A stretch of 64,000 bases of DNA from a virus: IMG/VR virus record IMGVR_UViG_3300045988_125296; one strand, written 5' to 3'. The stretch's first letter is position 1. Every line of letters begins with the position of its first letter. Shown in pieces: positions 17,409-25,002 of this stretch. The notes beneath the pieces were generated by a model. That model had not been told where the DNA came from, searched no databases, and worked only from the letters and a program-made list of their open reading frames with translations. Made by a program: the position numbers and the translations under genes.

Positions 17409-17446
17409 GGGAAACCGTTCGTGAAGAATAGTTTCCCTATTTTTGT
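17409..17446 (+). terminator. Rho-independent terminator after dps
   Basis: GGGAAAC(17409-17415)...GTTTCCC(17431-17437) followed by TATTTTTGTG. Confidence 0.6.
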
Positions 17447-17455
17447 GTCTAAAAA

Positions 17456-17607
17456 GAGCTGGATTTTCCTAAAAAGCGTAGATTTCTATATTCACCCTCC
17501 ATTTTGGATTTTAAAGCGACCTATTTTTCCTTATTTTCGGAGCTGGAAATTGGTTTTACCGAAAAAGAGCTGGAATTACCATGAATAAAGCCTTCGGAGC
17601 AGGATTT
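17456..17607 (+). repeat. iteron-like direct repeats GAGCTGGAWWT (four copies)
   Basis: GAGCTGGATTT 17456-17466, GAGCTGGAAAT 17540-17550, GAGCTGGAATT 17567-17577, GAGCAGGATTT 17597-17607. Copies 1 and 3 share a longer AAAAAGAGCTGGA. Confidence 0.6.
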
Positions 17608-17840
17608 CACGTATAGGTTAATATATTCAACCGTGAGAAAACGGGGTAAAAATGCGGTTTTACAAATAGTTAGCAAATAACATGCTGTATAGACCTAAGA
17701 AATTGCGGAAATGCGGGTTCAAATAAGAGTATAATATCTATATTATCACTATATATGTATATAGGAGTATGTATTGTATAAGGAAGTGTCGTATGTGTAT
17801 TCATCTTTACTGATGGGTAAGGGCTACATAGACAGGTAGA

Positions 17841-17910
17841 ATAAGCGTAATTAGCGTAGATAGACCTCTAATTAGGTATAATTACGTGTTTTTAGCGTGG
17901 AAATAAGCGT
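17841..17910 (+). repeat. clustered short repeats ATAAGCGT / TAGCGT
   Basis: ATAAGCGT at 17841-17848 and 17903-17910. TAGCGT at 17852-17857 and 17893-17898. Confidence 0.4.
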
Positions 17911-18053
17911 TAGAATAGATTATTATATAAGAAATAACCCATTTTCTTCTTTATATAGCATAAGAAATAAGAATTAGATATGCGGCGAAAATAGTTTATT
18001 GTAATATAGTATATATTACTTATACATATATAGAGGAAAGACACACATAGATT

Positions 18054-18073
18054 ATTGTTATTATAATAACAAT
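18054..18073. promoter_or_regulatory. 20-bp perfect palindrome ATTGTTATTATAATAACAAT
   Basis: Read directly. The two 10-nt halves are exact reverse complements. Confidence 0.7.
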
Positions 18074-18314
18074 TATATTTATTCGGCGTATGGGACGTAT
18101 GATATAGTGTAGATATATTCCTATGGAAGTTATATAGGGCGGGGACGATTGGAAAGGAAAGAATTTTTGGGCGAAATTTAATTTCATAATTTGCCTTATG
18201 GAAGAATAAGAACCCCAAGAGCTGAATTTGGGGGTCCCCTTAAATGGGATTTTTCTACGGCATGGCTTCGGGTAGTCCGTTTTTATAAGAACGTAGGTGG
18301 AGAACCCGTGTTTT

Positions 18315-18332
18315 TTATTGTTATAACAATAA
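18315..18332. promoter_or_regulatory. 18-bp perfect palindrome TTATTGTTATAACAATAA
   Basis: Read directly. Shares the half-site TTATTGTTA / ATTGTTAT with the 18054 palindrome. Confidence 0.7.
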
Positions 18333-18547
18333 CCAAAATGGCCTCCATAGGTGTATTTGGAAATCTCATCTATTTTACTTCGTGGGCACATGCGGGTGAA
18401 TTGGAAAATTCTCTCTTTTTCGTTATCTTTATGACAAGAACCAAACGTTATGCAGCCCGTATATGGGTGAAACGCACTTCGTATAAACGGCGATTTATCC
18501 GTGTCATCGTCTCCATTTAGAGTCTATATGGGCACAAAATGCCCTCT

Positions 18548-18623
18548 TTACAGTTACTTTATTAAAAATAGTTAAAATATACCTATATTTTGGTTATTGT
18601 ATAAGAAATAACTATATTTGTAT
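18548..18623 (+). repeat. copy A of a ~77-bp direct repeat carrying a promoter
   Basis: TTTACAGTTACTTTATTAAAAATAGTTAAAATATACCTATATTTTGGTTATTGTATAAGAAATAACTATATTTGTAT. Identical to 20949-21026 except for a one-base C indel. Confidence 0.85.
18589..18620 (+). promoter_or_regulatory. consensus Bacteroides-type promoter (repeat copy A)
   Basis: TTTG(18589-18592)-N20-TATATTTG(18613-18620), 28 nt before the ATG at 18648. The spacer holds the inverted repeat GTTATT-N8-AATAAC. Confidence 0.6.
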
Positions 18624-18647
18624 ACAGTTCATTAAAACCCCAAAGAT

Positions 18648-19028
18648 ATGACTAAGCTACATGATTTTCAGAGTATCGGCGATGTGCTGGAACCTTTCGA
18701 CCCCAATTACATCAGCGATAAACCGTATGAAATACCGGACATCAGTAAACGGGAGAAGCGATTTTTACGTAAAATCTCTATTTTGGAACATAAACTCCGT
18801 AGGGAGAGAATAAGTTTTGAATGGCTCCCCGATGATGAGATGTTCCGTGTTCACAAATACCGGAAAGGTACGGAATACCCCACGTATATGTATCTGGCTG
18901 TTTACATGGACGAGAACAAATACGCTTTCGGTGGTTACGAAACGGATTTGGTCGTTGACGGCAAAGTGTCGGTGGTGGTGGCTTCTGTAAAGGAATGGTT
19001 GTCTAACAATAAACCGGCGGTGAGATGA
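18648..19028 (+). CDS. hypothetical protein
   Basis: 126-aa ORF. Stop overlaps the next start (ATGA). Confidence 0.65.
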   Translation: MTKLHDFQSIGDVLEPFDPNYISDKPYEIPDISKREKRFLRKISILEHKLRRERISFEWLPDDEMFRVHKYRKGTEYPTYMYLAVYMDENKYAFGGYETDLVVDGKVSVVVASVKEWLSNNKPAVR

Positions 19029-19786
19029 TGACGACTGTACAGATATTCGGCAGGGAATATGGTTTTTGCCGTAGCGCAAAGGCTAACTACGAGGACAAAC
19101 ATAACCGCATGGTGAAACTGGCTTTACGGTTTGAGGAACTCAGCGAAAAATTCGACCGCATGATTGAGAAAGGTAGCTATGTTACCGATACGGCACGATG
19201 TGCGCTTGCTTGCAAGATGATGATGTATACTGGTATCCGGATTGGTAACGAGGGTTCTGCCGAAGGGTATATCACCAAGCCCCACCCCAATTCCAAGAAA
19301 GAACCGGAGTTCGTACAAACATACGGATTGACTACCTTGTTACCGGAACATGTATTGGTAAAGGGTCGCAAAGTGTTTCTTAATTTTATCGGGAAAAAAC
19401 AGGTTGAGAACAGTTTTACCCTTATCGGAGACCTCGCTAAACAAGTAAAGGAGGTTCTGAAAACAGTGGAACAAGGAGAAACACTTTTTGAAATTACGGA
19501 ATACGAACTTACTAAGTTTATTAAAAGATATGTAGGAAGGAGGTTCACTCCGAAGGATTTCCGGACTTTGCGAGCCAATATGTATGCGTGGGAAAAGTTC
19601 ATGGAGATATGCGAAAGGGAACTTCCCAGCACAAAGACCGAGTTTAATAAGGAGGTCAAGGAGATTGCCACTTATGTCAGCGAGCATTTGAACAATACAC
19701 CGGGTGTGTGCAAAGCATCCTATATTGACTCCATGCTATGGGACGAGGTTGCCGAGCAACGTCCAGTAACAAAGAGAAAGAAATAA
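19025..19786 (+). CDS. type IB DNA topoisomerase (poxvirus/bacterial TopIB-like)
   Basis: Catalytic-pentad context in order: GIRIGNEG (Arg), TYGLTTLLPEH, FIGKKQVE (Lys), TPKDFRTLRAN (Arg), NNTPGVCKASYI (Asn/His position and the Tyr nucleophile). Confidence 0.75.
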   Translation: MMTTVQIFGREYGFCRSAKANYEDKHNRMVKLALRFEELSEKFDRMIEKGSYVTDTARCALACKMMMYTGIRIGNEGSAEGYITKPHPNSKKEPEFVQTYGLTTLLPEHVLVKGRKVFLNFIGKKQVENSFTLIGDLAKQVKEVLKTVEQGETLFEITEYELTKFIKRYVGRRFTPKDFRTLRANMYAWEKFMEICERELPSTKTEFNKEVKEIATYVSEHLNNTPGVCKASYIDSMLWDEVAEQRPVTKRKK

Positions 19787-19806
19787 CATTTTAATTCATC
19801 AGCAAT

Positions 19807-19947
19807 ATGAGAAACTTAATTAGGGAATTGATTTCGGCTCTGAATGGAGACGAATATGAAGAAGCAAAGTCTATTACCGAGCAAATAAATGCTACGGGAG
19901 ACGAGGAGTTAATTAAACAGGCGGAATATATAAATTCAGTTCTATGA
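19807..19947 (+). CDS. hypothetical small protein
   Basis: 46 codons read by hand. ATGA overlap with the next gene. Confidence 0.4.
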   Translation: MRNLIRELISALNGDEYEEAKSITEQINATGDEELIKQAEYINSVL

Positions 19948-20165
19948 GCGCAATGGTTATCAGCGTACATTCCAGCTTTATAAAGTCTGCGGTGTACAAC
20001 GAGGACAAACAGAGTCTTCGTATCGAAATTGGCAACTCTTGGTATTACTATTATGGAGTTACCAAACAGAAAATAAACCGCTTCAAAAAGGCGGCATCCA
20101 AAGGGCAGTATTTCTGCAATTACATAAAAGGACGATACCGAACCATCAAAAGAACCGCAAGATGA
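19944..20165 (+). CDS. KTSC-domain protein
   Basis: SSFIKSAVYNEDKQSLRIEIGNSWYYYYGV...FKKAASKGQYFCNYIKGRY fits the KTSC pattern (S..i....Y.....L.v.F.....Y.Y..V......f....SkG.yf...I). Confidence 0.7.
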   Translation: MSAMVISVHSSFIKSAVYNEDKQSLRIEIGNSWYYYYGVTKQKINRFKKAASKGQYFCNYIKGRYRTIKRTAR

Positions 20166-20341
20166 AAACTGTTATATTTGACGTAATGTGTAATGGAAGA
20201 TTCGTTATGCAGTATCGGCATACATGGTGTCCGGCCTTTCCCATCGATTTGAAAGAAGTGGTGAATGAGATTGTAGCGAAGAGACCTACCCTTAAAGGAA
20301 AACGTATCGAATTATTTGAAACTAAAAGTGTATTGAAATGA
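20162..20341 (+). CDS. hypothetical small protein
   Basis: ATG at 20162 (MKTVIFDVMCNG) with an ATGA overlap. The track's 20039 start overlaps the KTSC gene. Confidence 0.45.
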   Translation: MKTVIFDVMCNGRFVMQYRHTWCPAFPIDLKEVVNEIVAKRPTLKGKRIELFETKSVLK

Positions 20342-20511
20342 GAACAATAGCAGAGAATTTAGTGGACAAGATGCTTAGGGCATATCCCTATTGTGTAGTA
20401 AATGTGGAAACGGCTTTCAAGTTTATTGAACAAGGAGGTCATGTTAACGTGGAGCAGTTTAAGAACTGGCTTGAAACCAATGGTTATTGGCTAACCTATT
20501 ATAATAGCTAA
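20338..20511 (+). CDS. hypothetical small protein
   Basis: 57 codons read by hand. ATGA overlap. Confidence 0.45.
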   Translation: MRTIAENLVDKMLRAYPYCVVNVETAFKFIEQGGHVNVEQFKNWLETNGYWLTYYNS

Positions 20512-20553
20512 TGTAAGAAATATTGAAGCGTTTAATTTAAATAGTAAATAATT

Positions 20554-20916
20554 ATGGGACTTACGTTAAGTAAAAAGTACGGAGTAAATCCATCTGTGGA
20601 AACTTGTGCTATATGTGGTAATGAAATGGGTGTCTTATTATTCGGAAATAGCTATAAGGATGAAAATGGGCATATTGCGGAAGCACCTTATAAATTATGC
20701 TTGGGTAATATTTGCGATGACTGTAAGAAAACCCTTTCTTCCGGAGGTATTTTCTTTATCGAAGTGGAGGATGGTGAAAGTGGTAGAAATCCTTTCCGCA
20801 CTGGCCGAATGATTGCGATTAAGGAGGATGCTGTCAAGAAAATCTTCAAAAAATACGAGAAAGTGAATTATGTTGAACACAGCTTATATAACAAACTATT
20901 TTCAGAACCACTATGA
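20554..20916 (+). CDS. hypothetical zinc-ribbon protein
   Basis: CAICGNE...CLGNICDDCKK gives two CxxC-type pairs. Confidence 0.6.
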   Translation: MGLTLSKKYGVNPSVETCAICGNEMGVLLFGNSYKDENGHIAEAPYKLCLGNICDDCKKTLSSGGIFFIEVEDGESGRNPFRTGRMIAIKEDAVKKIFKKYEKVNYVEHSLYNKLFSEPL

Positions 20917-20948
20917 CAAAATGAGGCTATCCGTTGATTTAATACCTA

Positions 20949-21026
20949 TTTACAGTTACTTTATTAAAAATAGTTAAAATATACCCTATATTTTGGTTAT
21001 TGTATAAGAAATAACTATATTTGTAT
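20949..21026 (+). repeat. copy B of the ~77-bp direct repeat carrying a promoter
   Basis: Same sequence as 18548-18623 with one extra C (ATATACCCTATATT). Confidence 0.85.
20992..21023 (+). promoter_or_regulatory. consensus Bacteroides-type promoter (repeat copy B)
   Basis: TTTG(20992-20995)-N20-TATATTTG(21016-21023), upstream of the ATG at 21089. Confidence 0.6.
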
Positions 21027-21088
21027 CGTTGAAAGTTCAACAACCCCTCAGCATGGTGCTGGTGGGTAATTAGAAAAATCTCACAGCA

Positions 21089-21457
21089 ATGAAAAAGGCA
21101 AAAGTAATTTTTTCCGTAGGTGTTTCTCACACTCTTTATGAAAAGGAAGTTTGTGCAGTTATTCTCAATGAAAATTGTGGATTCGATGGAAGACAGGTTT
21201 ACGCTCGTACAGTTGAGCCCGTTCATTTTGATGAAGACCCAGAGGGTATCATAATTTTTAATAAATGGGGTTCTATTATTGGCTTTGAAAAAAGCCCGCT
21301 TATGATAAAATTTATGAGGGTTATTGCAAGGTTGTTAATGGTAAAATTATTTAAGCTATGGATATGGAATTTAATCGTAGCACTGGGAGAAAAATCTCAC
21401 AAAGAGTTCAAGAAGTTCTTTCCGAAGTTCTTAAAGAAGAAGGTTTCGAGTTTATAA
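21089..21457 (+). CDS. hypothetical protein (3' third overlaps the next gene)
   Basis: The first ~75 aa look protein-like. The last ~33 codons overlap 21358..22053 in another frame. Confidence 0.45.
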   Translation: MKKAKVIFSVGVSHTLYEKEVCAVILNENCGFDGRQVYARTVEPVHFDEDPEGIIIFNKWGSIIGFEKSPLMIKFMRVIARLLMVKLFKLWIWNLIVALGEKSHKEFKKFFPKFLKKKVSSL

Positions 21458-22053
21458 TCAATGGCGGTACGTATACAGACGATAAGCTGAAACTTAACTT
21501 GGAAGTTTACATTAAAAACAAAAACGGTACACGGGTTGTTTCTGATAAGAGCCATGAGATTGCCGACAAGAATGCATCAATGGCGGGACTGAAATTTGAG
21601 GGTCATCTCATTGGCAGCATTTGGAATGTAAATGGCTTTACGTACACAGTTACGGGTTACACCACTAAACGGCGTAAATTTCCAGTCTCCCTTAAAAGAG
21701 ATGACGGTCGTTTATCGAAAGCACCTGTGATGTTCTTGGCACAGGGTATACAAGTAACCAAGCCTACATTGGAGAATTTTGTTAAGTGGTTTACATTAGA
21801 CCCCGACAGTGATGCAATTTTGGAAACAGACGCTGAGATATGTGACGGGGTTCAAAGTTATTTGCAAAATAATTATCCGGCAGATATAATGTATAAGTTT
21901 TGCAATTTAGTGGATAACTTTAATGAGAAGGGTATTGCGAAGAAATGGGCGAAGCGTGCGTATGAGCTTTTGTTCAAAGAAGCTCCTGCAACAATGGAAC
22001 ATGCTTATCTTGGATTGAAAGTGATTTATAAGGAACAGACAAAAAAGAAATAA
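21358..22053 (+). CDS. hypothetical protein
   Basis: 231-aa ORF. An in-frame TAA at 21352-21354 fixes the ATG at 21358 as the start. Confidence 0.65.
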   Translation: MDMEFNRSTGRKISQRVQEVLSEVLKEEGFEFIINGGTYTDDKLKLNLEVYIKNKNGTRVVSDKSHEIADKNASMAGLKFEGHLIGSIWNVNGFTYTVTGYTTKRRKFPVSLKRDDGRLSKAPVMFLAQGIQVTKPTLENFVKWFTLDPDSDAILETDAEICDGVQSYLQNNYPADIMYKFCNLVDNFNEKGIAKKWAKRAYELLFKEAPATMEHAYLGLKVIYKEQTKKK

Positions 22054-22066
22054 AAACATCAGCAAA

Positions 22067-22417
22067 ATGAAAACTCAGGAAATAATCGAAACAATCAAAA
22101 TCGGATTTGACAAGCCGAAATTGTACAAACGTTCTATCTGGAACAAAGCTGTAAAAGTAATGGAGTTCTTATCTGACAATGCCAATGGCGAAATTACGAG
22201 GACCAATCTTGGTTCGGGTCTTGAAAAATATAAAGCCGAAGTCGAAGTAAATGATGAACAGTTAGCTGTATGGGCTTTATCGTATAAACGGCATTTAGGA
22301 ATTCCCATCACTTTCAGCGAAGCCTTGCCCGAACTTAATCGTATCTCAAAAGAACTCGGAGTCCCTGTAAATAATGGACTTGTTCTTATCGAATATAATA
22401 ACAGACATTCTAATTAA
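22067..22417 (+). CDS. hypothetical protein
   Basis: 116-aa ORF. Confidence 0.6.
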   Translation: MKTQEIIETIKIGFDKPKLYKRSIWNKAVKVMEFLSDNANGEITRTNLGSGLEKYKAEVEVNDEQLAVWALSYKRHLGIPITFSEALPELNRISKELGVPVNNGLVLIEYNNRHSN

Positions 22418-22436
22418 CCCCTATAAACTATATCAC

Positions 22437-23858
22437 ATGGAAACTAAAAAACTTATCAGCACATTGAAAGGATTTAAAACTCGCTTTACTAAAAATCCGA
22501 ATGCAGAACTTGAAAAGAAATCCGTTGAAGGACTTGCCGAATCTTTCGGTGGCAAACTTGAAACGCTTGCAATACTTAAAGAACAAGGATGTGAAGAACT
22601 TAAAGAATATGTCAGAGGAGTGTTCGGTATGGCTTTAAGTTCTAAACCGATGGGAAAAGTTGTTTCTGTTGACGAGGACGGAAAAGAATATGCGTGTGTC
22701 AACGGTAAGATTTATACGATTGATACCGTAAAAAAGACCATGAAGAAAGTTTACAAAGACTTTAAGGACATCAGTTTAGCAGACTTGGAAGTTTCTGACA
22801 AGGATATGCCGATGACGGTTTACCAAAGATATTTAAGAGATAATTTCCCTAATGAGGACGCTCCTATTAAAAAAGGGAAACTTCATTTTAGAGGTTATCG
22901 GATTTCTTGTACGGCAGAAGATGGTTTTGTTGTTGAGGACACCATGAAAAAATATGCTATTGTTGAAACTCCGTTTGAGGGCATCCCTACTCCAAAAGAA
23001 TTGGGAGATTGGTTCAAAACACCGAAGAATGTTATTGAGTCTTTGAACGAATATCATGAAGCTGTTGAACGTGGAAAGGAACTTGCACGTAAAGCTAAGG
23101 AGGAAAAAGAAAGTAAACGTAATGAAGAAGTCGAGATTGATTTTGAAAAACTTCGCAGAAAGGTTTTACGTCTTATCAAGGATTCACGGTCAAAGACTAT
23201 TGACGTTGACCCCGAAAAATTTGTGGATATTATACCTTTCAAAAGATGGCAGCGAAAAGTTAAGTCTTTGTTCTCTTTGTGGAAAAATAGAAAACTTCGT
23301 TACAATAAATTCTTGAATGAGGTTGAGAAAATAACAAAAGAAGAAACTTTCGTTATCGAAGAAAAGAAAAATAAAACTACTTTTGTCGGCACACTTTTAC
23401 CTGAACATAAAACGGTGGGTTCTTTAAAAGAAAACAAGATAGAGGTCGATGGTAAATGGGTTGATGCCGTTCCTTTTCTCTTGGAGTATTTACTCTTTTA
23501 TGAGAAGAAAGCTATGTATCAAATAATGAAATATGCGGCTGGTGAGATAACGGATATTGAGTTAATAAAAAATCCGATTGAGGTCGATAAAAGAATTGAG
23601 TATCAGAAAAAAGCTCTTGAAAATACAGCTCATAATGCAAAGGTTTTGTGCATGGTGTACGCACAAGTGGGTATTGTGGCGCCGCATGATTTATTATTTG
23701 AAGCTGACCTTGAAGTTGGAGATAGGATACTTCTTTTTGATGGAGGAAACTTCGTAACAAGAACTATTTCGTCAGTAGATAAGGGAATCGTTCTTGGTAA
23801 AGATGTTGGTTTACTTAAACTTGACAAATGGATTAAACTTCCAAAGAAGTCAAAATAA
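22437..23858 (+). CDS. hypothetical large protein with central K/E-rich coiled coil
   Basis: First ATG at 22437 (METKKLIS). 473 aa. Confidence 0.7.
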   Translation: METKKLISTLKGFKTRFTKNPNAELEKKSVEGLAESFGGKLETLAILKEQGCEELKEYVRGVFGMALSSKPMGKVVSVDEDGKEYACVNGKIYTIDTVKKTMKKVYKDFKDISLADLEVSDKDMPMTVYQRYLRDNFPNEDAPIKKGKLHFRGYRISCTAEDGFVVEDTMKKYAIVETPFEGIPTPKELGDWFKTPKNVIESLNEYHEAVERGKELARKAKEEKESKRNEEVEIDFEKLRRKVLRLIKDSRSKTIDVDPEKFVDIIPFKRWQRKVKSLFSLWKNRKLRYNKFLNEVEKITKEETFVIEEKKNKTTFVGTLLPEHKTVGSLKENKIEVDGKWVDAVPFLLEYLLFYEKKAMYQIMKYAAGEITDIELIKNPIEVDKRIEYQKKALENTAHNAKVLCMVYAQVGIVAPHDLLFEADLEVGDRILLFDGGNFVTRTISSVDKGIVLGKDVGLLKLDKWIKLPKKSK

Positions 23859-23861
23859 ATT

Positions 23862-23880
23862 GGAGGGGAATATCCCCTCC
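23862..23880 (+). terminator. GC-rich hairpin after 22437..23858
   Basis: GGAGGGGA(23862-23869)-ATA-TCCCCTCC(23873-23880). No T-tract. Confidence 0.45.
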
Positions 23881-23894
23881 CTTAAAATATAAAG

Positions 23895-24200
23895 ATGATG
23901 GACGATAAGTTTAATGATAGGATTCTTATTGGTGACTTAGCATGTTTAAGCAAGTTTTCATTTATGAACATCTATGGGTGTTCCGCAAAGAAATATGACG
24001 ACTACATTAACTATTTTGGAGTAGATACTCTCATTGTTCTTCTTTGTCGATTGATAAAAGAGATAACAAACAACCATATTTATTGTCCGGATAACTTAAA
24101 ACGAGAAGTCTTACAAATTTATAAACTGAGAATTGTTCAATTAAAACTATACGATTATGAGAAAGACAATTTTATTTTTAGCTACATTGGTGATGCTTAG
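23895..24200 (+). CDS. hypothetical protein
   Basis: 101-aa ORF. Confidence 0.55.
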   Translation: MMDDKFNDRILIGDLACLSKFSFMNIYGCSAKKYDDYINYFGVDTLIVLLCRLIKEITNNHIYCPDNLKREVLQIYKLRIVQLKLYDYEKDNFIFSYIGDA

Positions 24201-24579
24201 TGCACACAGTCAAGAGAGTGAGAAAGAAGCATTCAAGAATCTTGTTAGTATGTTTGCTCCCACGGACACAATAGTATTACATGATTCGGGCGTGAAGCGT
24301 GACAATAATACCTATATGGATGTTTATCGAGTATTCTCTGACTCTGCCGTTGTAGAATTTGAGATGCAATATTGGTACTGCGACAGCACTTTTCTTAGAG
24401 GGTGTATTTCTCGAAAATGGAGTCGGCGAGAGTACGATTTTATTAGACGTATGAGTCGTGAAGCTAAAAGGGATTTAGAGAAAGACCGCAAAGAGACGAT
24501 TGAGTTCCTTAATCGAGAAAGAGCGTCTAAACAAGTGTGGACCTTATTTAAGCTATATGAATTATTAGACTCTAAATGA
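24157..24579 (+). CDS. putative secreted protein
   Basis: MRKTILFLATLVMLSAHSQES is a signal peptide. The rest is charged. Confidence 0.6.
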   Translation: MRKTILFLATLVMLSAHSQESEKEAFKNLVSMFAPTDTIVLHDSGVKRDNNTYMDVYRVFSDSAVVEFEMQYWYCDSTFLRGCISRKWSRREYDFIRRMSREAKRDLEKDRKETIEFLNRERASKQVWTLFKLYELLDSK

Positions 24580-24580
24580 T

Positions 24581-24682
24581 ATGTGGGCGTTTATTGGAAT
24601 ATTCTTGGTACTTGCGCTTATGTCCAAGAAAAAATTTTGGAAAACTCTTTTTCTTATTTTGATGATTTTAGCTTTATTTTGA
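24581..24682 (+). CDS. possible small membrane protein
   Basis: 33 codons read by hand (MWAFIGIFLVLALMSKKKFWKTLFLILMILALF), with two hydrophobic helices. Confidence 0.35.
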   Translation: MWAFIGIFLVLALMSKKKFWKTLFLILMILALF

Positions 24683-24683
24683 T

Positions 24684-24992
24684 ATGGAATTAAGAAGTTA
24701 TAATGTTGAGGCTATTTATTTGGAGTCTGTAAAATGTATTATTGGGGAAGATTTAGGTATTGATAAAGACAAGTTTCGTCTGAACACTCCCCATATAATA
24801 GATATGATTTCTCAGATTAAGACTGAGGACGGTTATGTACATTTGTGCGCTTGTAATAGGCGAAAAGATGATGAGATATGGACTCCATATTTACAGATAG
24901 TTGAGATGCTTATCCGTATGGGTGCAAAGATTGGTTGTGTAAAATATACGGGTAAATTAAAACCAGAAACTTTAATTAAAATAACTATTTGA
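24684..24992 (+). CDS. hypothetical protein
   Basis: 102-aa ORF. Confidence 0.6.
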   Translation: MELRSYNVEAIYLESVKCIIGEDLGIDKDKFRLNTPHIIDMISQIKTEDGYVHLCACNRRKDDEIWTPYLQIVEMLIRMGAKIGCVKYTGKLKPETLIKITI

Positions 24993-25002
24993 GATTGATG
25001 AT

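Noticed and set aside
17456-17607. The iteron-like repeats, or the (ATATTT)n tract at 54686, as a CRISPR array.
   Set aside because: The repeats are only ~11 bp (or 6 bp) long. Spacing is irregular (84, 27, 30 bp) or absent. No cas genes are present.
17712-17730. GCGGGTTCAAAT, which resembles a tRNA T-arm/T-loop.
   Set aside because: The bases following TTCAAAT (AAGAG) do not pair with GCGGG. No acceptor stem or anticodon arm can be drawn around it.
17910-18520. Three ORFs in the non-coding hub: 17910..18218 (-), 18020..18391 (-) and 18191..18520 (+).
   Set aside because: They mutually overlap. They are Y/N/I-rich or R/F-rich low-complexity sequence. One starts at TTG. They span the perfect palindromes and repeat boxes. 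None resembles a protein family, so the region is treated as non-coding.
19025-19786. Interpreting the 253-aa protein as a tyrosine integrase, which would imply a temperate lifestyle.
   Set aside because: The motif order RIGN / F.GK / KDFRT / N...K.SY fits TopIB rather than the R-H-R-Y integrase tetrad. The protein is short, and no attP-like site, repressor/Cro switch or excisionase pairing is adjacent.
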